Below are positions 1 to 7,413 of a DNA stretch of 41,947 nucleotides, piece by piece (positions within the stretch are counted from its first letter, which is position 1; each line of letters opens with the position of its first letter). The notes under the pieces were generated by a model. The model saw only the letters and a list, made by a program, of their open reading frames with translations. It was not told the DNA's origin and searched no databases. The position numbers and the translations under genes are program-made. This stretch comes from Nitrospirota bacterium. GTDB taxonomy: Bacteria > Nitrospirota > Thermodesulfovibrionia > Thermodesulfovibrionales > Dissulfurispiraceae. The stretch lies in assembly GCA_040754455.1 (NCBI GenBank), contig JBFMCP010000012.1, positions 27,268-69,214 on the forward strand, read 5' to 3'.

Positions 1-468
1 CCTGTCCCAGAGCAAATCTTCAGGAGTGACGGTAATTAAACTTCGTCCGTACGGAATGCCGCCGTGTACGAAAATGTGGGTATCGGTTTCGTAAAAGAGT
101 TCCAGTGATTCGATAAAGGGGATGAGATATTCTTTTGCCTGGCCGACGCTACCGTAGCTGGCGATCGTCTTGTCGCCGCCGTTCAGGTGCCAGAGCACCA
201 TCTCTCTTCTCGATTCCTTTGCAGTCAAGGCGTCATAGGCAAGCGCTTCATGGTTGCCTTTGAGAAGGATAACGGCATCGGGATGTCTTTCTCTTAATCT
301 CGAAACGTACTCCGCGACTTCCCTGCTCTTTTCCCCTCTGTCGATATAGTCACCGAGAAAAATGAGCATGTCACCACTGGGATCGAACCGAATGACCTTC
401 TCGATCAACTCTTTCAATAGATCATAGCAGCCATGGATATCGCCGATGGCAATTTGTCGTTTTAGCAT
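1..468 (-). CDS. Metallophosphoesterase, Ser/Thr phosphatase (PphA/ApaH-like); runs off the window start
   Basis: Not in ORF track. Manual translation gives MLKRQIAIGDIHGCY...FLGDYIDRG...LKGNHE...FVHGG...LLWDR, the calcineurin-like motifs. Alternative in-frame ATGs at 474 and 477. Confidence 0.92.
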   Translation of the reverse strand, partial: MLKRQIAIGDIHGCYDLLKELIEKVIRFDPSGDMLIFLGDYIDRGEKSREVAEYVSRLRERHPDAVILLKGNHEALAYDALTAKESRREMVLWHLNGGDKTIASYGSVGQAKEYLIPFIESLELFYETDTHIFVHGGIPYGRSLITVTPEDLLWDR

Positions 469-670
469 GATCATCATAATACTGCATTTTTGGAGTGACT
501 TTGCAAAAAGATGCAGTGAGGATTAATATTATGGTTCTGTGTTTTTACACGGCAATAGCCATACTGACAGGTACTCAAGAGAAACAATGGATGCACGACA
601 ATTCAATCTCAAGGCGCTTCTGATCCTGCCGTTGGGACACTTCATCACCGAATCTTCGTGAAATATCCGA

Positions 671-3600
671 CTATCCCTGGCTCTTCTCCGTCCAGCGGAT
701 AGGGAATATGAGGCGAAAGGTCGTTCCTTTCCCAGGCGTGCTCTCCACTTCCACCTCACCCAGGTGCTCGGCGACGATCTGCTTCACGAGGGACAGACCC
801 ATGCCGAAGCGGTAGGTCTTGGTGGTAAAGAAGGGGTCGAAGATATTATCGATGACCTCCTGTGGAATACCGGCGCCCGTATCGGAGACCGTCAGGACGA
901 CCCTATTGCTATCCCCTGAAGTCGCAATTGTTATTCTGCCGCCTTCGGGTGTTGCTTCCATAGCATTCCTTGCAAGATTGAAGATGGCCATTCTCAGGAA
1001 GTCCTTCTGCGCGTTGATCCGGAGCGGTTGCTCCGCGAGGTGTACTACCAGCTCTACATGCTTCTGGGCAGCCTCTTTCTCGAATATAGGAATAATACCC
1101 TTCACGATTTCATTGAGATCTTCATAGCTGAAGGCCGATCGCTTGCTCGTCAGCATTGATTGGAAATCTTGCACCGTACTGTCGAGGAGGTCTGCTTCGC
1201 TGACGATCGCGGCGATCAGCTCCCTCGCTTTTTCTTCACACCCTCCCTTTTCGAGCAGCTTCTTTCCGGCGAGACCAATTACGGATGAGGGGTTGCGCAC
1301 TTTGTCGGCAAGGCGCAGGGCGAGAAGGCTCATTGTCCTTTCAGCCACCAGCGTCTCGAGCTCGCGGGTGAAGCGTTCGAGCAGGGCGTTATACTCTTTT
1401 TCCTTTTCCGCCTGCTTGCGCTCCGAGATATCACGGATGACGCCGGTAAAGAAGCGTCTGCCGTCTTTTATGAACTCGCCGTAGGAGATTTCGAGGGGAA
1501 TCTCATACCCGTTCTTGTGGAGCCCGGGGAGCTCGCGTGCCTCCCACTTGATGTGTCGCCTGCCGGTCTCCAGATAGCGCTGCATGCCGGCATTATGGCC
1601 GGCCCGCATGCGCTCGGGCATCAGCATCGTGACCGGCTGACCGACGACCTCCTCAGGGGTATACCCGAAGATTTTCTCCACCGCGGGGTTGGCGAAGAGG
1701 ATTCTGCTCTCCGCGTCGATGGTGATGATGAAGTCCGAGGCGGTCTCGGCAATAATACGGTATTTCTCCTCACTCTCTCTGAGCAGCGCGGCCCGGTGCA
1801 GCAGCTCCCTGTTCGCCTCGGTCAGTTCCTGGCGGGAGAGCTTCAGGCTTTCGGCAAAGCTCCTGATCGATTCCGAAATATCCTGCCGCTCTTGTTCGGT
1901 CAGGACAAACCGGTTCTCGAAGATGATGGAGGCCATGGAAGGACCCACGGCGCCTGAAAGTATCTTTTCTGATTCATCACGGAGGGCGGAAAGGTCTTCA
2001 GGCGAGAGCTCGTTCCGCTGTTTGGCTTTTCTCGTCAGAAAACCCTGCACGGCGTCTCCTGCCGCTGCTTTTCCCAGATAGCGGGTGAGGGTCTCCTCGA
2101 TGTCGTCAGCGGTGTACGATATGCCGCGGCCTACAGAGGTGACGCCGCCGTACGACTCAACGAACACGAGTGCCTGGAGCCCTTCCTCATTCGTCGGCTT
2201 CGTAAAGAGCGATACACTGATGTACAGGAGCGTATTGAGAGAGAAACTCCAAAAGAGGGTGTTGCCCCATCGACCGAGAGATGTGACGCCGAAAAGACTG
2301 TCGGGGTTGAACATATCCGTAGAAGTCAGAAAAGAGATGAAGCTTTCGGGTCCTATAACTCCTGCCCTTATCAGGACCGGTACAATTGTGGTATAGAGCC
2401 ACACCGTGAACCCGGCGGCAATCCCGGCGATAACTCCTCGTGCCGTTCCTTTTTTCCAGTAGAGTCCAAGGATGAACGCCGGGGCGAAGAGCGTCACTGC
2501 TTCAAAGGACTTCAGTCCGATCTCAACAAGGGGCTCGAAGGGACCGAAGGTGATGATGAACCAATAGGCGGAAAGGATGATTCCCACGATCACGAGCCGT
2601 TTGATGTTCAGGACGAGATGTGGAAATCCCGGGAGGCTCTGGAGCCTGAAGAGGGCAGGCATGATGAAGCTGTTCATGACCATGGTGCTCAGGGCAAGGG
2701 ATTCGACGATCACCATTCCCGTTGCTGCCGAAAACCCGCCGATGAAGGTAATAACGGCGAGCCACTGCGCGCCGTGGTGCAGCGGCAGGGTAAGGACAAA
2801 GTAATCGGCGTACATCACGCTCTCGCCTGAAAGAATGCCCCCCAGGGCGATCGGCAGGACGAATATATTGATCAGGAAGAGGTAGAGCGGAAAGAGCCAC
2901 GCCGCCTTTTTGATATAGGCTTCGTTATAGTTTTCCACCACTGCCATATGGAACTGGCGGGGAAGAAAGACGATGGCCATCATGGAAATGAATGTCAGGG
3001 CAAACCATTCGGCATAGCCCGTGTCGCTCCCGGGGCCGAGCGAGAGCAACCGGGAGTAGCCTCCGGTGTGCGCCCTCGCGAAAATATCGCTGAATCCGTT
3101 GAAAAGCATCAAGGAGACAAAGACGCCGACGAGCAGAAAGGCGACGAGCTTTACCATCGATTCAAAGGCAATGGAAAAGACGATTCCGCTGTGCCGTTCA
3201 GACAGGTTGAGCCTCCGGGCTCCGAAGATGATGGTGAAGGCACCGAGCATGAGGGCGGTCAGGAGTCCTGCCGGATCGGCCCAGGAGGTTTTGCCCGAGA
3301 TGATGATAAAGGTGCTCGTGATAGCCTTGAGCTGGAGACCGATATAGGGGATCAGTCCGACGACGGCGACACTGGTAATAACAATGGAGAGAGGCAATGA
3401 TTTGCCGTACCGGGAGGAGATGAAGTCGGATATGGTGGTGATCCTGTTGGCCTTGGCAACCCGTACGACCTTTTTGAGAAAGATGGGCCACAGAGCCACC
3501 ATGATCGTCGGTCCCAGGTAAATGGGCAGAAAGGAGAGTCCTGAGGTGGCAGCCCTTCCGACGCTGCCGTAGAAGGTCCATGAGGTGCAATACACCGCAA

Positions 3601-3736
3601 GGGAAAGGGCGTACACATAGGGGTTGTTGATAACGCTCCTGCCCGACTGCTCTCTCTGTTCCGCATAATACGCCAGGACAAAGAGGAGCGCCATATAGCA
3701 AAGCACGATAATGAAGAGGCTCAGCGGAGCAACCAT
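671..3736 (-). CDS. CrbS/CbrA-like sodium:solute symporter (SLC5)-STAC-PAS sensor with HATPase domain; H-box His replaced by Asp
   Basis: N-terminal YALSLAVYCTSWTFYGSVG and LPRQFH motifs with many TM helices, then PAS, then N/G1/F/G2 boxes (NAMEA, DTGAGI, FDPFFTTK, GMGLS). H-box reads ADKVRNP. Confidence 0.9.
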   Translation of the reverse strand: MVAPLSLFIIVLCYMALLFVLAYYAEQREQSGRSVINNPYVYALSLAVYCTSWTFYGSVGRAATSGLSFLPIYLGPTIMVALWPIFLKKVVRVAKANRITTISDFISSRYGKSLPLSIVITSVAVVGLIPYIGLQLKAITSTFIIISGKTSWADPAGLLTALMLGAFTIIFGARRLNLSERHSGIVFSIAFESMVKLVAFLLVGVFVSLMLFNGFSDIFARAHTGGYSRLLSLGPGSDTGYAEWFALTFISMMAIVFLPRQFHMAVVENYNEAYIKKAAWLFPLYLFLINIFVLPIALGGILSGESVMYADYFVLTLPLHHGAQWLAVITFIGGFSAATGMVIVESLALSTMVMNSFIMPALFRLQSLPGFPHLVLNIKRLVIVGIILSAYWFIITFGPFEPLVEIGLKSFEAVTLFAPAFILGLYWKKGTARGVIAGIAAGFTVWLYTTIVPVLIRAGVIGPESFISFLTSTDMFNPDSLFGVTSLGRWGNTLFWSFSLNTLLYISVSLFTKPTNEEGLQALVFVESYGGVTSVGRGISYTADDIEETLTRYLGKAAAGDAVQGFLTRKAKQRNELSPEDLSALRDESEKILSGAVGPSMASIIFENRFVLTEQERQDISESIRSFAESLKLSRQELTEANRELLHRAALLRESEEKYRIIAETASDFIITIDAESRILFANPAVEKIFGYTPEEVVGQPVTMLMPERMRAGHNAGMQRYLETGRRHIKWEARELPGLHKNGYEIPLEISYGEFIKDGRRFFTGVIRDISERKQAEKEKEYNALLERFTRELETLVAERTMSLLALRLADKVRNPSSVIGLAGKKLLEKGGCEEKARELIAAIVSEADLLDSTVQDFQSMLTSKRSAFSYEDLNEIVKGIIPIFEKEAAQKHVELVVHLAEQPLRINAQKDFLRMAIFNLARNAMEATPEGGRITIATSGDSNRVVLTVSDTGAGIPQEVIDNIFDPFFTTKTYRFGMGLSLVKQIVAEHLGEVEVESTPGKGTTFRLIFPIRWTEKSQG

Positions 3737-3823
3737 TGCCGTATAGTTATCCTTGCCTTATTTTCCTTCCTACATGAATTATATGCTTTTCTCCCGAAGG
3801 GCGGAAGAGCAAGGCGGAGCATA

Positions 3824-3832
3824 TGCTATAAT
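3824..3832 (+). promoter_or_regulatory. Extended -10 element TGCTATAAT
   Basis: Matches TGnTATAAT, 8 nt before ATG 3841. Confidence 0.5.
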
Positions 3833-3840
3833 CCACAGGT

Positions 3841-4425
3841 ATGCAACGAGAGGGGATACTCACCTATGATGCTGCATTCGACCTGCTCTCCCGGTATGGC
3901 AACGGGACAGAGTGGAAAAATCACTGCGTTGCGGTGGCAAAGGTCGCCATGCGCCTCGGAGAACTCCTTTCGTCTGTGTATGCGCTTGATGCGGCCTTCC
4001 TGAGGACTGCCTCGCTGCTCCATGACATAGGAAGGCACCGGACCCATGATCCCATTCTGCATGGGGTGGAGGGATACTATCTGCTCACCGGGCTTGGTCA
4101 TCATCGGGAGGCCTTTGTCTGCATCTCCCACATCATGTTCGGCCTTACGAGTGATGAGGCGGTACAGTACGGTTTGCCGGAAGAGGACTTTGTGCCGCGC
4201 ACCTTTGAGGAACAGCTCGTACCGGTGATCGACAGCCTCGTTGAAGGCGACCGTCCGGTGACGATTGAGCAGCGGCTTGCCTCGATCAGAAGCCGTTACC
4301 GCGGAAACGACTACTTTCTTGCCCGCATCGAAGAGGGTGCAATAAAAGTGAGAGAGATGATCAGCCATATCCGCCGCGACAGCGGAGTATCGCTGGAAAC
4401 GGTTGTTGCCGAGGTCCTTTCTTAA
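3841..4425 (+). CDS. HD-domain (HDIG) metal-dependent phosphohydrolase
   Basis: HC..VA, LLHDIG, HGVEG, H and D motifs. Confidence 0.85.
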   Translation: MQREGILTYDAAFDLLSRYGNGTEWKNHCVAVAKVAMRLGELLSSVYALDAAFLRTASLLHDIGRHRTHDPILHGVEGYYLLTGLGHHREAFVCISHIMFGLTSDEAVQYGLPEEDFVPRTFEEQLVPVIDSLVEGDRPVTIEQRLASIRSRYRGNDYFLARIEEGAIKVREMISHIRRDSGVSLETVVAEVLS

Positions 4426-4485
4426 ACGATGCCTACAGTATATTCGGTGAATGGGTGAATCGGGGCAAAAGGTAAAAAGACTAAA

Positions 4486-4950
4486 TCACGACTTCGCCAG
4501 TCTTTCCTGCAGCTCTTCGAGCAAGGGCACCTGTCCCTTATGAATTTTGATCTTGGCCTCTTCGATATCGAACCAGTCGGCGCGGTCGACTTCGGGGAAC
4601 TCCTGCAGCCGGCCTGAGCGAGGAGGCCATTCCATTGAGAAATAATTGCTCTTGATTGCCGGAGGATTGCAGTCTCCTTCAACGGCCCAGGCCTGCACGA
4701 CCTTGTTGCCGGGCTGTCGTACGGGGTTGAGCGGCATGAACGGGCCTGAGGGGGGACATCCGGTCTCCTCTTCGAATTCCCGCTGCGCAGCAGCAAGCGG
4801 TGTTTCGCCGGGATTGACCAGTCCTTTGGGAATCGACCACGCTGCAAGCTCTTTGCCGGCCCAAAAGGGGCCGCCGGGATGGACAAGGAACACCCGGAGT
4901 CTTCCATGAGTGCGGCGGAACATCAAAAGGCCAGCGCTGATCTTCGGCAT
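4486..4950 (-). CDS. NUDIX hydrolase
   Basis: LVHPGGPFW, WSIPKG, GETPLAAAQREFEEETG Nudix box, FPEVDRA. Start set at ATG 4950 (MPKISAG). Confidence 0.9.
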   Translation of the reverse strand: MPKISAGLLMFRRTHGRLRVFLVHPGGPFWAGKELAAWSIPKGLVNPGETPLAAAQREFEEETGCPPSGPFMPLNPVRQPGNKVVQAWAVEGDCNPPAIKSNYFSMEWPPRSGRLQEFPEVDRADWFDIEEAKIKIHKGQVPLLEELQERLAKS

Positions 4951-5001
4951 ATCTTGTGTAAACAATGAACGGTGCGTCGGGAGAATGGGGAGAAGGAGCG
5001 C

Positions 5002-5406
5002 CTAGCTGCGCTTGTCGTCTCTTTCCCGGTTCGGGGCCTTGCCTTCGTTGTTCTGCTTTTTCAGCTCTTTTCCGCAGAAAAAACAGTAATTGATGCGCAC
5101 CGGGGCGAGTTCTTTTCCGGCCCTCCTGAACTCGATACGCTCCAGGTTCAGATTCTTCATGACTCTGCAGCACCACTCTTCTTTTCCGGATCTCTCTTTT
5201 ACCGAGCCCTCTTTCAAGGAACTGCCGCAATCGCAGCAGTAGTTGACGCCGAAGTTATGGCGGACGAAATTTTCAAAATCGAGCTTGAGGTGCTCTTCAA
5301 CAGCACCCTCTTTCAGGAGGTTGCAGCACCAGTTGTCGATTTTATATTGGGTGAGTTCTTTCCACCACGTGACCGTGGCCCTGTCGACTATCTTTTTGTT
5401 GCTCAT
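5002..5406 (-). CDS. Small Cys-rich hypothetical protein with two tandem WCC...NYCxxCGxxLK modules (putative metal binding)
   Basis: 134 aa from ATG 5406; motifs WCCNLLK...NYCCDCGSSLK and WCCRVMK...NYCFFCGKELK. Confidence 0.65.
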   Translation of the reverse strand: MSNKKIVDRATVTWWKELTQYKIDNWCCNLLKEGAVEEHLKLDFENFVRHNFGVNYCCDCGSSLKEGSVKERSGKEEWCCRVMKNLNLERIEFRRAGKELAPVRINYCFFCGKELKKQNNEGKAPNRERDDKRS

Positions 5407-5666
5407 GGCTGTGTAATCCTGTCTTGAAGCAAAACCTTTCACGGCTTGCGGTTGCGGATTGATACTGCAAAAGCCAACTCCTCTGCATGCGCAGCAGCAT
5501 ATAGTATATACGAACGCGATGAATTTTTCGCAGCAGGAGAAAAAATCCGATGAAAAGCGGAGGGTTGAATTCTTCAGCAGAGGAGAGCCCTCTCTCTTTT
5601 CTGCGCCCTTGACAGTCTCCATGTCCATTCTATAGTTTTAATTATGTACATCTTTGGAGGAACCGC

Positions 5667-6239
5667 ATGAACATCGTCTGTCTGCTCGGTAGCCCGCGTC
5701 CCAATGGAAACAGCGCAGCTATTGCGAAACACTTTCTGGATACCGCCGCATCGCTCGGCGGACACATACAAACATTTGAATTGAATAAGCTTGCCTATCG
5801 CGGCTGCCAGGGATGCCTGGTCTGCAAGACCAGGCTGGACAAATGTGTGCTCAAGGATGACCTCACCCGGGTCCTCGATGCAGTACACGAAGCAGATGTG
5901 CTGGTGCTGGCGACGCCGGTTTATTACGGCGATGTCACCGGACAGCTTAAGCTCTACCTCGACCGCACCTACTCCTATCTGAAGCCTGATTATCTCACTA
6001 ACCCGCAGCCGAGCAGGCTCGCGCCGGGGAAGAGGCTTGTGTTTATTGTCACCCAGGGACATCCTGATGAAGCGATGTTCAACGATGTCTTCCCCCGTTA
6101 TGACAAGTTCTTCAAGTGGTACGGTTTTAAGGAGAGCCACCTCATCCGCGCCTGCGGCGTTTCAAAGGCAGGCGAGGTTGTGTCACAGAAAAATATAATG
6201 AAGCGCGCCGAAGAGACGGCACGGAATATCATGAAGTAA
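5667..6239 (+). CDS. Flavodoxin family / iron-sulfur flavoprotein (NADPH-dependent FMN reductase fold)
   Basis: GSPRPNGNS, CQGCLVCK...C..KDD, ATPVYYG; GGAGG RBS. Confidence 0.9.
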   Translation: MNIVCLLGSPRPNGNSAAIAKHFLDTAASLGGHIQTFELNKLAYRGCQGCLVCKTRLDKCVLKDDLTRVLDAVHEADVLVLATPVYYGDVTGQLKLYLDRTYSYLKPDYLTNPQPSRLAPGKRLVFIVTQGHPDEAMFNDVFPRYDKFFKWYGFKESHLIRACGVSKAGEVVSQKNIMKRAEETARNIMK

Positions 6240-6241
6240 CT

Positions 6242-6862
6242 ATGGACGAGCTTTCGAAAGAGTATGTCATCTCCTTTTTCGACAAAAACCTGATGCTCCA
6301 CGGCGACCGTCCCGAAGCAGTACGGTGGTCGTCGACAGGACAGCTCCTGCACTACAAGGCCCTTCTCGATGTGGGCGATATCAACGGAAAGAAAATCCTC
6401 GATTACGGCTGCGGCAAGGGTGACCTCTATCAGTTCCTCAAGGATAATGGCATACGGGTCGAGTATTCGGGATGCGATATCAATGAGAAACTCATTACCT
6501 TTGCAAGTGAGAAATACCCCGATGTCGACTTCAGGGTGTTTGATATTGAAAAAGAAGAGCTCGATGAAGAGTTCGACTACATCTTTCTCTGCGGCGTCTT
6601 CAATCTTGAGGTGCAGGGACTCGACGAAACCATTAAAAACACATTGGCCAAGCTCTTCAGGCATTGCCGCTCTGCCCTTGCATTCAACGCCATCTCATCG
6701 CACCATCCAAAGAAGGATTTCGAACTGCACTATACCTCGCCCGAAGAGATGTTCACCTTTGCCGTAAAAAACCTCTCACCCTATATTTCCCTCAGGCATG
6801 ACCGGATGCACTACGATTTTGTGCTGTTTGTCTATAAGGAGCTCAATTCGCTTTCTGAATAG
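6242..6862 (+). CDS. Class I SAM-dependent methyltransferase
   Basis: ILDYGCGKG motif I, GCDIN, FDYIFLCGVFN; 2 nt after the upstream stop. Confidence 0.88.
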   Translation: MDELSKEYVISFFDKNLMLHGDRPEAVRWSSTGQLLHYKALLDVGDINGKKILDYGCGKGDLYQFLKDNGIRVEYSGCDINEKLITFASEKYPDVDFRVFDIEKEELDEEFDYIFLCGVFNLEVQGLDETIKNTLAKLFRHCRSALAFNAISSHHPKKDFELHYTSPEEMFTFAVKNLSPYISLRHDRMHYDFVLFVYKELNSLSE

Positions 6863-7052
6863 CCCTGACTCGAGAGGTATGACTGCAACAAAAGCCCTTT
6901 TCTGATTTTATCCCCTTGACTGGTGTACATAGAGCTGTGGTCATTTCCTGATCAATATTTAATGCAGGGCGTATTGCATTTTTCTCATTAACCCCGATTT
7001 TTAACTGCAAATTCAAGGATTAAAGCAGTCCTGATTGTTAGTAAGTACCTTT

Positions 7053-7104
7053 TGTATGGTTTTTCATACAGCGATTCCGCGGTCTTTGTAGGTACTTTCC
7101 TGCA
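7053..7104 (+). promoter_or_regulatory. Two TGT-N12-(A/G)CA palindromes, putative enhancer-binding-protein sites
   Basis: TGTATG-N6-CATACA (7053-7070, perfect) and TGTAGG-N6-CCTGCA (7087-7104, one mismatch), 34 bp apart, upstream of a sigma54-like promoter. Confidence 0.55.
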
Positions 7105-7144
7105 GGACAACTTTAAAGTTTCTGAATTCATTGACAATTAAAAC

Positions 7145-7160
7145 GGGCATTGTGCTTGCA
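7145..7160 (+). promoter_or_regulatory. Putative sigma54 (-24/-12) promoter
   Basis: GGGCATTGTGCTTGCA has GG-N10-GC spacing with GGCA and TTGCA. Confidence 0.55.
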
Positions 7161-7178
7161 AAAGATAAAAGAGCTTTT

Positions 7179-7194
7179 TGTGATTTCTGTCACG
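7179..7194 (+). promoter_or_regulatory. CRP/FNR- or Rex-like palindrome
   Basis: TGTGA-N6-TCACG just downstream of the predicted transcription start. Confidence 0.35.
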
Positions 7195-7413
7195 CAAGAC
7201 CGGCTTTTAAAAACCCTAAACTGAAAATACGTTGCAGCGGAGTAGGCTCTGAAGCCGAAATATCTAATTTTGAAGGGGGAGAGAGTACCAACAAAATAGT
7301 ATGCATCTGTCGGGATCTTATAATGTTCCGGCACTCTTGGGGTGAAAAGCAGCACCCTCAGCTTGGAAAGACTGCTGAAAGGTAACGAAAAGATTTCTGA
7401 TTCGGAGGAAAAA

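Noticed and set aside
7200..7413. c-di-GMP/cGAMP (GEMM) riboswitch before the cytochrome
   Set aside because: Could not find the GGCAAA...GAAA...GACGCAAAG pattern by eye; an Infernal search would settle it.
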